Below, piece after piece: positions 28,529-38,184 of a DNA stretch of 64,000 bases. The notes beneath the pieces are model-generated. The model made no database searches, was not told where the DNA came from, and worked only from the letters and a program-made list of their open reading frames with translations. Source of the stretch: a plasmid. How positions within the stretch are numbered: position 1 is the stretch's first letter; each line of letters opens with the position of its first letter. The DNA lies in the sequence record NZ_KX832927.1, one strand, 5' to 3'. Position numbers and translations under genes: made by a program.

Positions 28529-29174
28529 TTACTCTACTTCCTTCAATAATATCTTTAGACTGTGAATCATCTGGTAACACACCGCCGTTTGCTTCCTGCT
28601 CATACGTCGGCAAATATGCATCACCATTCTTTAATTGAATATCTTCGATAACGGGCTTATAGCCACGAATATAAACTGTGACAATGTAATGAACTGTCTT
28701 AGTCGTAGTTCTTCCTGTCACACTTTTAACTTCTTGTGAACCCTCGACAAAGTAGACGCCCTTCGCTTTCGGGTCTGTTGAAATACGAGTTGGTGTAAAT
28801 GACAGTGATACACGGTCACGATTTATCTGACTGATAGCATCATCAATACTTAGCATAATCCGTTGGTAGCTATTGGGAGAAAGAAACGGCGCTAATGAGG
28901 ATTTAACGAAATTTACTGATGAGGGATTAGTATTGCCAAGTAACGTTGCGATATAACTCGCCCACGATTGCATATATGCCGTAGAACCTTCATTTTCATC
29001 AATCCAGCCAGTTGTTTGTAAGTTAGGCGGCACAATTATGATCTTTTCATTCTTTCCATACAGAAGGAACAGTAACCCAATCGCAATGAAGCCAGTGCAT
29101 AAATTAGATAGTGATAGGACTTTTGATGTTTCCTGTAGTCTGGAAACTGTTTTTGTCATTTTGAAAAATTTCAT
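28521..29174 (-). CDS. traE: TraE (VirB8-like)
   Basis: Single N-terminal transmembrane helix. Size matches F TraE. Synteny. Confidence 0.8.
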   Translation of the reverse strand: MKFFKMTKTVSRLQETSKVLSLSNLCTGFIAIGLLFLLYGKNEKIIIVPPNLQTTGWIDENEGSTAYMQSWASYIATLLGNTNPSSVNFVKSSLAPFLSPNSYQRIMLSIDDAISQINRDRVSLSFTPTRISTDPKAKGVYFVEGSQEVKSVTGRTTTKTVHYIVTVYIRGYKPVIEDIQLKNGDAYLPTYEQEANGGVLPDDSQSKDIIEGSRVND

Positions 29175-29458
29175 CAGTAGAATTCTCTGTCAAATGAATC
29201 AGGAATAAATGTAATTTTGTTGTCACCGATGCCAAATCGCCAGTAGACCAAATGGGCTAAATATTTATCAGATGCTTTATCAAGAAAACGTCCATATATC
29301 TTGCTAAGAACAACGCCAACCGCGATCATGGTTAATAATTTTCCAGTAAAAACTCCAATACCGATCATGACCATGAATGGAAATAGCTCGTCAACGGTCC
29401 AGAAAAATAGCTTAGGTGGATCATCAACACTGTGAGATATATTTACTACCTTACTCAT
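29174..29458 (-). CDS. traL: TraL (VirB3-like; start moved to ATG 29458)
   Basis: 'DDPPKLFFWTVDELFPFMVMIGIGV' matches the TraL conserved core. Confidence 0.75.
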   Translation of the reverse strand: MSKVVNISHSVDDPPKLFFWTVDELFPFMVMIGIGVFTGKLLTMIAVGVVLSKIYGRFLDKASDKYLAHLVYWRFGIGDNKITFIPDSFDREFY

Positions 29459-29479
29459 TTTAAATACCTTATATATCAA

Positions 29480-30271
29480 CTAATTGACTTGTGTTAACTG
29501 TCCCATTACTGCTTTGATTTCGTTTAATGGAACTGCGCCTTGTAACGGAACCGCTTTTTCTTGATATGAAACGATAGTGCTTGGAGTTCGGTCAAAGTTA
29601 AGACCAATGGCTTCTTGTGTATCGAATAAAATTTTCGCGTTGCTGCTATTGCTGTTTACACAGCTCTGAAACGCTGTCTCATCGAGACTATAACTACTTG
29701 CTAATTGAGCAATAGGCGTGCTAAATCCGCCACTTCGTTGAGAATCGAAAATGAATTTCGCAACTTCAAAAAAACCATAATTACCTTTTTGCTCATACGC
29801 ACACTCTGTCAACGTTGATAGATACAGCGAGCGTTGACCATGACCAAGTGTGTGTTTGAACACAAGAGCTACGTTACCGCCGGATGAATCAACGAAATCG
29901 AGTAATTCAGGAAACCCCTGACCGCAATACGGACACTCAAAATCAGAATAGTGAATCAATAAAAACGGTGCATTTATGTTCCCGTAAACGCGATCATTCG
30001 TTGGTGATGGTTGTTCGAGTGTACTTTTATTGCTCTCTGAGATTTGTTCAGGTGTTTTTAGGGTTGTTGGTTTATAACCAGTTGCAGCGATATACGTGCT
30101 AAAAAAGTTCGCCAAATCATCATCATTGGCTATTTTAGGTATTTCAATACTGTCAACTGCTATCTGAATTTCATTCATATCAGCATTTAAAAAGTATGTT
30201 TTCATACCCGTAAAAGCAGTTAACGATGCAAGAGCAACAACACTGACGTGTGTAAAAGTTATTTTTTTCAT
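29480..30271 (-). CDS. DsbA-like thioredoxin-fold protein (CPYC active site), secreted
   Basis: Signal peptide. 'FECPYCGQ' motif. Confidence 0.7.
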   Translation of the reverse strand: MKKITFTHVSVVALASLTAFTGMKTYFLNADMNEIQIAVDSIEIPKIANDDDLANFFSTYIAATGYKPTTLKTPEQISESNKSTLEQPSPTNDRVYGNINAPFLLIHYSDFECPYCGQGFPELLDFVDSSGGNVALVFKHTLGHGQRSLYLSTLTECAYEQKGNYGFFEVAKFIFDSQRSGGFSTPIAQLASSYSLDETAFQSCVNSNSSNAKILFDTQEAIGLNFDRTPSTIVSYQEKAVPLQGAVPLNEIKAVMGQLTQVN

Positions 30272-30570
30272 TTCTTCTGACCAAGTTCTATTAAATCGCT
30301 ACGAGAAATCATTTTCCTTTGTGGCATTTGATTAGACGCTTCGAGTTCATCTTTAGTGAGCTCAAATAACTTCAATACAAGTTCGCTTTCATCTTCAAGA
30401 TAGACAGAGCTCAATGTGACTTTTGAAATATCGCTGTTAAATGTTCTAAGCGAGTTAGACAAATGAAAATTGACAGCCAACGTAATGATATTGAAAACAA
30501 AAATACTCGCTAAAACTGACGTAATTAAATGACTGGATTTATTAAGCATAGGACCCCCCGACAGAGGCAT
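30268..30570 (-). CDS. Small hypothetical membrane protein
   Basis: One hydrophobic helix. Overlaps the downstream gene. Confidence 0.4.
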   Translation of the reverse strand: MPLSGGPMLNKSSHLITSVLASIFVFNIITLAVNFHLSNSLRTFNSDISKVTLSSVYLEDESELVLKLFELTKDELEASNQMPQRKMISRSDLIELGQKK

Positions 30571-30631
30571 AATGTACCAATCTATCGGGGTTTTTTTTGG
30601 CAGAAGGGTATTAAAACAATGATGATTGTTT

Positions 30632-31291
30632 TTAGATTTGCTTAGGGAGATTACTGATCATTAAAATAATGGAAGTAGGTATGACAAATAATGTCATGAC
30701 TGCATTTATAACTGGTGGTACGGGCAGTGGTATCAAAATTGATACTGCAACCAAGAAAACAGTCAACCCTATGAGCTTCATACTACGTCTGTTTAAAAAG
30801 GGTGATACATATGAGAAGTCGTATTGCTTCCGCTTCCATCTGCAAACACCGGCAATGAGTGAGGGTACTAAAATGATACAAAAGAACGGCAACCAAAATG
30901 ATAAAAGAGCCATACGATACACAATCATATAGTTATGGTAATTTATCATTTTCGCTAAGTTAATGAAAAATGGATAGAAAATCCCACTTATATTGTTAAA
31001 CGTTTGCTCCAGCGGGTCAACTGACACTGGCAATGGTGCATAGTAATTTGTTAATGCAGAGTTGATACCGGTTTGAACAAAAAAGTCATTATATAACTCA
31101 TTGGCAAATGGGAGAATCTGGCTATGAAAACCACTTTTACCAGTAATCAATTCGCCCATTTTTAACTCGCTAACCATGTTTGATTTATACCATTCAGCAG
31201 GGATAAACAATGACATGATAATGAGTAAAACTGTTACCGTAAGTAACAGTTTTTTAATTGAACTACCGTTAGATTGTGTATCGGCTGACAT
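30632..31291 (-). CDS. Polytopic membrane protein (219 aa) downstream of traD
   Basis: Four or more hydrophobic segments. Its position is analogous to ICE membrane proteins that follow traD. Confidence 0.5.
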   Translation of the reverse strand: MSADTQSNGSSIKKLLLTVTVLLIIMSLFIPAEWYKSNMVSELKMGELITGKSGFHSQILPFANELYNDFFVQTGINSALTNYYAPLPVSVDPLEQTFNNISGIFYPFFINLAKMINYHNYMIVYRMALLSFWLPFFCIILVPSLIAGVCRWKRKQYDFSYVSPFLNRRSMKLIGLTVFLVAVSILIPLPVPPVINAVMTLFVIPTSIILMISNLPKQI

Positions 31292-31302
31292 TAATAACCT
31301 CT

Positions 31303-31653
31303 TTAGAAACTGGAAATAACGCTATTATCTAACCTTTCAGGGAATTTATACTTGTGATATTCATCTAAAGGCGAAGTGTTATTTAACTTTGAAAGAAAAA
31401 CTATGGATTTTGAAATGACTATTGCTAGATTGTCCCAATCTGAAATCTTCAAATCAGTTTTTTTTCTTTGATAATATTTCTCAATTTGTTCGTTGAAGTA
31501 GTCACAGAAAATGGTTTCAAATTCAGTGTCCTTCATAGATAGAAGCATTAATATGATCTGACGGCTACAAATATTCCACTGGAGAAGAAAACGACCAAAA
31601 TATATGTCGCTTGCATTGGATCTAAACTCATACTCTGGGACAATATTATCCAT
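31303..31653 (-). CDS. Hypothetical protein (116 aa)
   Basis: ORF with tight spacing to traD. Confidence 0.4.
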   Translation of the reverse strand: MDNIVPEYEFRSNASDIYFGRFLLQWNICSRQIILMLLSMKDTEFETIFCDYFNEQIEKYYQRKKTDLKISDWDNLAIVISKSIVFLSKLNNTSPLDEYHKYKFPERLDNSVISSF

Positions 31654-33567
31654 TTAACGTGCCTTATTAAATTCTTTGATTAGCATCTTTAACTTTAATA
31701 CTTCTTTTTCGCTGGTTGGTAATTGTACAATTGGAATTTGACCTTTACATATATTCCCCGCTTTTAAAATAGCGCAAAACTCTAGATTTGGGAGGTTTCC
31801 TAATAGTTGTGGAGGAAATAACTCACTCTCAACCTCCATCAATCGCTCACCAATACTTCCGGTGATTTTTTCTGGATCTTCCCCCGAACTCGTACCATGC
31901 CCTCTTTGGATGTACTTGAAATTTGTAGTTGGTATTCTTTCTATTAAATCTTTTTGACCTTGAATATTGATAGTCCGTAATGCAATGTTATGGTTCGCAT
32001 TTATACTAACTTGTTCTTTTTTCGCTTCAGAGCCAAGGGTTGCAACGTAGTCAGTGGTAGACTGTGAGGCAATGAATAACTTAAACCCTGCCCCTCTCCC
32101 TTTATTTTGAAGCCGAATAACCTGATCGTTGATAACTTCAGCAGCTTCATCAATAAGAATATTTGTGTCGCGTTTCTTTTCACCACGCGGTTTGGCATAG
32201 TTATAAATATCAGCCGCAACAGCAGTGATATCGCTTAGAAATATTGAGCCAACGGCGTTTCCTTTATCACCATCGGCAAGAGAATTAAGCCCTAAATACA
32301 TCATTCCGTTTGTATTGATGATATCTTTCATATTAGTAATGACTCTTTCATCATCAATATTCTCACTGGACGGTGACAATACTTCATCTAACCCATCACT
32401 AGTTAACATACTTAATACAGGTAGTGCTGTTAATATCATTTTTTGGAAATGTTCACGATTATGCTGAAATAGGTCAATTCCACTTTTAATGAATGTATAT
32501 TCCTTAATTTTTGCAATATCATTCAGATAGATAGTGATTCTTATTCCGGCATGGTTCTCGATAGTTCCTGTCGTTCTAGTCATTGATTGATGTTCTAATC
32601 TACGATCAAGAAGTGAGTCGTATACATCAGGAAATAGCTCATATCCTAATTTGTCGATTGCTTTAACAAGTAATTCAGCAAAATTACCCAAATTAGTACC
32701 AAGCTGTGCTTTTATATTTACAAGAGTAGGCTTTACGTTTGCGAAATTCATCAACTGCACAATAGTTGTCAACGTCATTGTCGCAAATGAAATAAATGGA
32801 TCAGTTGTGTTATCAGCCTTCTGGATAACAGAAATAATACGGCTGGCTACTTCAGTTGAGTTGGAATAATTTGATATTGGTGAAATCCGGTTGGATTTAT
32901 CCAAGTGTGCAATGGAAAGATAATAAAAATCATCTTCTCGTTCCATTAGTTTCATGCACTTATACATGTAATCCGCAAGTTCCTCATCATTTTTAGGGTC
33001 AATGAGAATAAGAGGTTGCCGTTTTAAAGCGGCTTGCAGAATAAGTAATTTGTAAAGAGTCGTTTTACCGGAACCCGTAGTACCAGTTAATGACGTATGT
33101 AGCGTCATTAAATCATCAGGTACGCTGATCCACTCATTTGAATTCCCTAATTTATGAATCCAGCCATGTCCCATGCTTTCATGATCATCGGGTAAAAACC
33201 TGTCAGCAACACCGCTTTTTAAAATTTCATACGCCCGTTGACCATGCTCATGCCGCCATGTAAATCCTTTACCTATCAATGTCGTGTCGCGATTGTTCAT
33301 CATTTCTTTGACAACATCATAGGCTGAAGTAAACGTAGGAGCTGGTCTGGTTTTCAGGTTTTTATGCAAGACTGCAATTTTAATTGCATTTGGTAATGAT
33401 TTCATGGCGAAAATGCTTTGTATCGCAGCAGCAGATAGCGTAGCAGTAAAAGGCATTGAGAGATATGCACCAACACCTACCGTAGCTAATACACCGGTTC
33501 CCCACCCACAAACTTCATACATCTCGTAGTTAGTACGAAATGGCATTAAATGTTTCCAATCACTCAT
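31654..33567 (-). CDS. traD: TraD, type IV coupling protein (SXT/ICE-type)
   Basis: N-terminal transmembrane helices. Walker A 'TGTTGSGKTT'. Synteny with traI. Confidence 0.9.
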   Translation of the reverse strand: MSDWKHLMPFRTNYEMYEVCGWGTGVLATVGVGAYLSMPFTATLSAAAIQSIFAMKSLPNAIKIAVLHKNLKTRPAPTFTSAYDVVKEMMNNRDTTLIGKGFTWRHEHGQRAYEILKSGVADRFLPDDHESMGHGWIHKLGNSNEWISVPDDLMTLHTSLTGTTGSGKTTLYKLLILQAALKRQPLILIDPKNDEELADYMYKCMKLMEREDDFYYLSIAHLDKSNRISPISNYSNSTEVASRIISVIQKADNTTDPFISFATMTLTTIVQLMNFANVKPTLVNIKAQLGTNLGNFAELLVKAIDKLGYELFPDVYDSLLDRRLEHQSMTRTTGTIENHAGIRITIYLNDIAKIKEYTFIKSGIDLFQHNREHFQKMILTALPVLSMLTSDGLDEVLSPSSENIDDERVITNMKDIINTNGMMYLGLNSLADGDKGNAVGSIFLSDITAVAADIYNYAKPRGEKKRDTNILIDEAAEVINDQVIRLQNKGRGAGFKLFIASQSTTDYVATLGSEAKKEQVSINANHNIALRTINIQGQKDLIERIPTTNFKYIQRGHGTSSGEDPEKITGSIGERLMEVESELFPPQLLGNLPNLEFCAILKAGNICKGQIPIVQLPTSEKEVLKLKMLIKEFNKAR

Positions 33568-36065
33568 TGTTTTTCTCGCATAAATTGAAGTCCAAAATGG
33601 CTGTTGTAGCTTTCAAAACTAACAGCCATGATTTGTTTGAATGTCGTTTGAGACACCCCCAACTTAGCAGATATTTCAATAAGTTCAGTCCGACTCAGCT
33701 CTATATATTGAATCGTTTTAAATTGGTTTTCGGAAATGTCGTTTTCATTGTGAATAGAAAATATGACATCTTCAATTAATGAGGTTGCTAAGTCAGGAAT
33801 GGCTGGATTTAACATTTGTTCAATTTCAGAAAATCCTGTGATGATAAATACATCAATGAGTAATTCTTTTTTCAAAACAAGATAGAAATTTGATCTTAAA
33901 AGCACCAGCGCTTCATCATCTTTAGAACGTGATGCTTGAGGGCTTCTGGCTTTCCATGCCGAGGGTATTTCGAGTTTATCATCAACCAGTAAGTGATTTT
34001 GATTTATGTTGCTAATTAACTGTTCTTTTGAAAGCCCTAATAGATATATTTCAAAAGCCTCTCTGATATGAAGATCAGCTGTAATATAGATATCACTATG
34101 CATACCCTTTTGAGTTGTAATCTCTACGGAGTCGGTGTCATCAAGTTTCACGTCTGCAAACAATGATTTCTGCTCAGATAATTGAGTAGCTACTGGTATA
34201 TCAGTCAGTGATTTCATTGGTAGTGCTACTGACGGTTTACTCATGGCAATAATCCGTTCTTTTAACCCTAGGCTGTGTTTATGGGTTATCTCAGAAGCAG
34301 GATTGCCTACTGGCAGTGTATCACCACCCTGTATCTTGAGATCACATGCTGCTATAACTTGAACTTCAGGTACTTCAACGGCTTGTTCATTACATACCGG
34401 CTCGATAATGGCTAGTTCTTCAAGCGTTTCCATTATGCTAGTTACATTATCAGATTCTGGAGGTGTATCATTTATTATTTTATCTACAATATCAATCGGT
34501 TGATGCTTAAAATCTTTGTTTACGATAGTTGGTTCAGTTTTTTCACCTGTGATTTCTACATTAGTTCCTGTTTTTGGTTCAAAACTAACCCAACTCGTTT
34601 CGTTTTTGACATAAACAGATGCATGTGTTGGTTTTATATTTTCGCCAAATAGTAATTCGTCTGAAGCTAATTTCACGCAGTAAAAGAACGTGTCTGGATC
34701 TTTTATAAACGACGCCGATTTGAGTAACTTTTTTGGTGCAATCTTCCAATAGAGTGAACCTCTTGGCGCTTCAATGATTACATCATGAGCTAATAGTATC
34801 TCACCTAAACTATCTGCTGATTGTGGGATAAAAATTCCAAGGTTTTTTATCTCTTTGCATAATTCTTCAGCGGCACTAGCCCAAATAATGTAGACCCCAT
34901 CTGGCGTTGACCAAATCGGACTTGGAGGAACGTTTGGGGTCCAACGACCTGATGATATAAATTGGCGCATAGTATCAACCAGACGCTGAATTGTTGATAC
35001 ACCAGAACCGGCAGCGCGTATCGCATCACCTGATGTCAATTTGAGGTCATTTGCAACAGAGGCTCGGTCTGCGAGTAACAGAATATTAAACAACTGATTG
35101 CCATTGATTGCTTTTTTATCCGCCTGTTCCATGTTATCGCTGTTAGAAATTGCCTCTATGACTTTGAAATATAGGTTTTTACTATTTTGTTGAAGTAGTT
35201 CTATCACTTTCGCAGGAACAATTTTATCAATAAGCGAAGGTGCTATAATTCTATGATTATTATGTCTTTTCTTGTTCCACTGTAAAAAATACCTTTCTAT
35301 GTCGTGTTCAACAGCCCAATGAAACAGATTTTTTCCACTAGGTTTCCACTGATATACACCAGTCTGATCCCAAATTTCATAGTCAGACACTGGTTTACCA
35401 ATGTCGTGCAGTAATGCAGTTACAGCCACTGCAAGACGCCATTTCAAAGCGTTAGCAGACCGTTCTTCAGGGGTTTCATTGCTATCAAAGTCCGTGGTCT
35501 TTGTGTGCTTAACTGCGATGTAACAGACTTCTAAACTGTGTCGTAAAAGCCCTCCTTGAGCTCTGTGGTGATGTGCTTCAGAAGCTGGTAGTAAGTGTAT
35601 GAAATCAGCAGTATTACATAGTAGTGGCATGACCAATTCATCAAATAGCTCACCGATTTGCATTTCTCTTTTGATTTTTGTGATCATTTCCGCTTGGGTT
35701 TTAATCAGCAATTGTTTTCCGCTGATTCTTGCAGGATATCCTTCAATTTTTGGCGGATATCCAATCGGCATTTTGAATGTTTCTATTTGAGATTTAATAT
35801 CATCCGGAATTTCAATCTCACCTTTTTGAAGTATGGAATGCTGTGAGTCCTGCATATCTGGCAATGTTGACACATCTACCGAGAAGGGATCTTTCCCTGA
35901 TTTCAGTATGGATTTTAACCAATTTATAAACATTCGGTGAACCTGCTTCTCTAAATTTTTAGGATTTTTTGATGCAACAATGTTACCTGTTTTTAAATTT
36001 GCAATTTCATAATTAGAACCGTTTTGCATTGTTATATCGGGAAAAACTGCACCTAAATAGTTCAT
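33564..36065 (-). CDS. traI: TraI, MobH-family HD-domain relaxase (ATG at 36065; the ORF track extends to the GTG at 36074)
   Basis: HD motif 'HHHRAQGGLLRHSLEV ... LLHDIGKP' characteristic of MOBH relaxases (SXT, IncC, IncHI TraI). Confidence 0.88.
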   Translation of the reverse strand: MNYLGAVFPDITMQNGSNYEIANLKTGNIVASKNPKNLEKQVHRMFINWLKSILKSGKDPFSVDVSTLPDMQDSQHSILQKGEIEIPDDIKSQIETFKMPIGYPPKIEGYPARISGKQLLIKTQAEMITKIKREMQIGELFDELVMPLLCNTADFIHLLPASEAHHHRAQGGLLRHSLEVCYIAVKHTKTTDFDSNETPEERSANALKWRLAVAVTALLHDIGKPVSDYEIWDQTGVYQWKPSGKNLFHWAVEHDIERYFLQWNKKRHNNHRIIAPSLIDKIVPAKVIELLQQNSKNLYFKVIEAISNSDNMEQADKKAINGNQLFNILLLADRASVANDLKLTSGDAIRAAGSGVSTIQRLVDTMRQFISSGRWTPNVPPSPIWSTPDGVYIIWASAAEELCKEIKNLGIFIPQSADSLGEILLAHDVIIEAPRGSLYWKIAPKKLLKSASFIKDPDTFFYCVKLASDELLFGENIKPTHASVYVKNETSWVSFEPKTGTNVEITGEKTEPTIVNKDFKHQPIDIVDKIINDTPPESDNVTSIMETLEELAIIEPVCNEQAVEVPEVQVIAACDLKIQGGDTLPVGNPASEITHKHSLGLKERIIAMSKPSVALPMKSLTDIPVATQLSEQKSLFADVKLDDTDSVEITTQKGMHSDIYITADLHIREAFEIYLLGLSKEQLISNINQNHLLVDDKLEIPSAWKARSPQASRSKDDEALVLLRSNFYLVLKKELLIDVFIITGFSEIEQMLNPAIPDLATSLIEDVIFSIHNENDISENQFKTIQYIELSRTELIEISAKLGVSQTTFKQIMAVSFESYNSHFGLQFMREKQ

Positions 36066-36095
36066 ACTCACCACGATTTTCAGTGAGGAACTTAG

Positions 36096-36737
36096 ATGAA
36101 AAAGTCATTTATATTTTGTTGTCTGCTTGCGACATCCTTATCAGGTTGCAGTAGCGCAGATAAGCCCATATTTGGGTGCGGAAATTATGTAAAAACATCC
36201 ACAATTAGCATTGAATCGGGTTATGGCGGTACAGCCAATGACGTAATTGATAAGCGAATTGCCCGAAAAGCAGTAACAGCTACTTATCCTGCTGACTATA
36301 CCTATCGTGAAAATTGGAAAGATACGAATAGGGGGGGAGCATCATTGCGACAACAAGGGTACAGGCACGTTATTGCATCACCATACGAGATCTACGACCA
36401 AGGCAAAAAGCATATTCCTGTGGACCGTAGCTTTCATACAGACCTATTAATAAGTAGTTTGGCTCGCAGTAGTTCATCGCACATATATGCCAAACCCGAA
36501 TTACCATCGTTTTGCGGAGAAAATTCACGAAGCTATTTTCTGAAGGAAACACCTGAAAATAGAAATTCTCGAAATGAATATATTCGTATTAAAGAAAAAT
36601 ACTGTTCAGATCCGGAGCATAAATTAACTAATGAAGAATTGGCTATTTTGCAAAATGGAGAACCCGATTCTCTCAAAAACTACCGGATGAAAATCTATAT
36701 TAATAACCAAAACGAACCATCACCTGCAATAAAGTAG
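36096..36737 (+). CDS. Lipoprotein (213 aa), divergent from traI
   Basis: Strong SD 'TGAGGAA'. Lipobox 'LSGCSS'. Confidence 0.6.
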   Translation: MKKSFIFCCLLATSLSGCSSADKPIFGCGNYVKTSTISIESGYGGTANDVIDKRIARKAVTATYPADYTYRENWKDTNRGGASLRQQGYRHVIASPYEIYDQGKKHIPVDRSFHTDLLISSLARSSSSHIYAKPELPSFCGENSRSYFLKETPENRNSRNEYIRIKEKYCSDPEHKLTNEELAILQNGEPDSLKNYRMKIYINNQNEPSPAIK

Positions 36738-36753
36738 AAAGGTATTTTTCATT

Positions 36754-37560
36754 ATGAATAAATCATCAACGTATCAAAAATCAGTGATTGCGCTTTTAAC
36801 TACAATGGTTGGCGTAGGAATAACCAGTACCTATTTAACCACAAGTGAGTTAAAGGAAACGAATGCACTATTGGCTTCGTCAATTACTATTCAAAATCAT
36901 ATAAAAACAGAAAGTGCGGGTGTAAATCAGTCTTTAAGCAAAATTTTGTCTCTGTCCGAAAATACTGAGCCGGTGCAACAGCCTGAAGCGCAACCTGAAG
37001 AACCAGATCTCAATCTTTCTCAGGTCCAGCTTGATTCCAACACACTAACGTATGGCAATGAAAACGCAAGATTTTCGCTTGTAACATATATGGATTTCCA
37101 ATGTCCATATTGCCAACGTTTCGCGTCTACTCCTAAAACATTAGTTGATAAGGCGAACGGTGGCTTAGTCAATTGGAAATGGAAAAACAGCCCTCTACCA
37201 TTCCACGAGCCGAATGCTACGGATTATGCCGTGAAAATGCTCTGCGCTGGCGCTCAAAACACTGACAATCACTGGAAGATCATTTCAATGTGGGGGAATC
37301 ATGAAATTGATTTTGCTACCGCAGATATGGTCGGAATGTTTGAGTTAGACCCTGTTGCGTATAACACATGCCTTAAAACTGATTCTGTAAAGTTAACTTT
37401 AGATAAAGACAAGGCAGAAAGTCGAGCTCTTGGTGTTTCAGGCACTCCTACAACGGTAATAGTTGATAATAAAACAGGAGAAAAACGTGTGATAGAAGGT
37501 GCTGTACCAATGGATATGTTTGTAAACACCATCGAAGTCATGATGAAAAAATCACAATAA
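36754..37560 (+). CDS. DsbA-like thioredoxin-fold protein (CPYC), secreted
   Basis: 'FQCPYCQRF' motif. N-terminal hydrophobic segment. Confidence 0.7.
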   Translation: MNKSSTYQKSVIALLTTMVGVGITSTYLTTSELKETNALLASSITIQNHIKTESAGVNQSLSKILSLSENTEPVQQPEAQPEEPDLNLSQVQLDSNTLTYGNENARFSLVTYMDFQCPYCQRFASTPKTLVDKANGGLVNWKWKNSPLPFHEPNATDYAVKMLCAGAQNTDNHWKIISMWGNHEIDFATADMVGMFELDPVAYNTCLKTDSVKLTLDKDKAESRALGVSGTPTTVIVDNKTGEKRVIEGAVPMDMFVNTIEVMMKKSQ

Positions 37561-37673
37561 AACCAATTCGTTTTAGCAACCTTTCAAAAGATAAATATTA
37601 ATTAGTAAATGTAAAATCCACGTTGATAGTAGTTTGCTGTCAATTTAATACTGTAAATATAGAAGGGTTAGAT

Positions 37674-38033
37674 ATGCAATTAGTAAAAACATGTGCCATG
37701 CCTAAAATTGATACCAAAAAACTGCTTTTCGTAGTTTTAGCTGTGTTGTGTGTAGCGGCATTGGCAGTTATGTTCGCCTATGGCAAAGGAACCGAACAGT
37801 CCGGTTTCAAAGAAGTATGGATGCAAATCACTGCATATATGCAGGGGTCATTAGGACGTGTGTTAGTGGGTCTGATTGTCGTTGTTGGTATTGCGGCGGC
37901 GGTTGTTCGTCAGTCGTTAATGACCTTTGCAGTGGCGGTTGGTGCGGCAATTGGTCTGTACTACGCACCGGATATCATCAACGGTATCATGACTTCATCA
38001 GTAGCAGTGACCACTGCACTGCCAGTTTTATAA
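37674..38033 (+). CDS. traA: TraA, F-type pilin precursor
   Basis: About 120 aa with a leader and two hydrophobic helices ('...VLVGLIVVVGIAAAVV...FAVAVGAAIGLYYAPD...'). SD 'agaaggg'. Gly/Ala/Val-rich, GC-richer coding patch. Followed by a strong terminator. Confidence 0.7.
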   Translation: MQLVKTCAMPKIDTKKLLFVVLAVLCVAALAVMFAYGKGTEQSGFKEVWMQITAYMQGSLGRVLVGLIVVVGIAAAVVRQSLMTFAVAVGAAIGLYYAPDIINGIMTSSVAVTTALPVL

Positions 38034-38057
38034 TTGGCAAATAAAATCTCGTTATAC

Positions 38058-38092
38058 AGAAAGCCGTATTTATATACGGCTTTATTATTATA
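38058..38092 (+). terminator. Rho-independent terminator after traA
   Basis: 'aagccgtat ttatat atacggctt tattatt'. Confidence 0.65.
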
Positions 38093-38184
38093 AATTTCGC
38101 TCCCTTAAGAATTTCATTACCCTCTAAAGTCGCTTCATTTCTATGATATTCTCCATTCCTGCGAATAGTAATGGATTGAAAGGT

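Larger units (their letters stand above)
16..38033. other. Conjugative transfer region: MPF-F type IV secretion system plus TraD coupling protein and MobH relaxase, on an AT-rich backbone
   Basis: Set of 14 recognisable tra/trh genes with SXT/IncC-like order. Confidence 0.85.

Noticed and set aside
36096-36737. Lipoprotein gene next to traI as a candidate MobI-type auxiliary relaxosome protein
   Set aside because: It has a lipobox and a secreted character, so it is not a cytoplasmic DNA-binding protein. Its position alone does not justify that call.
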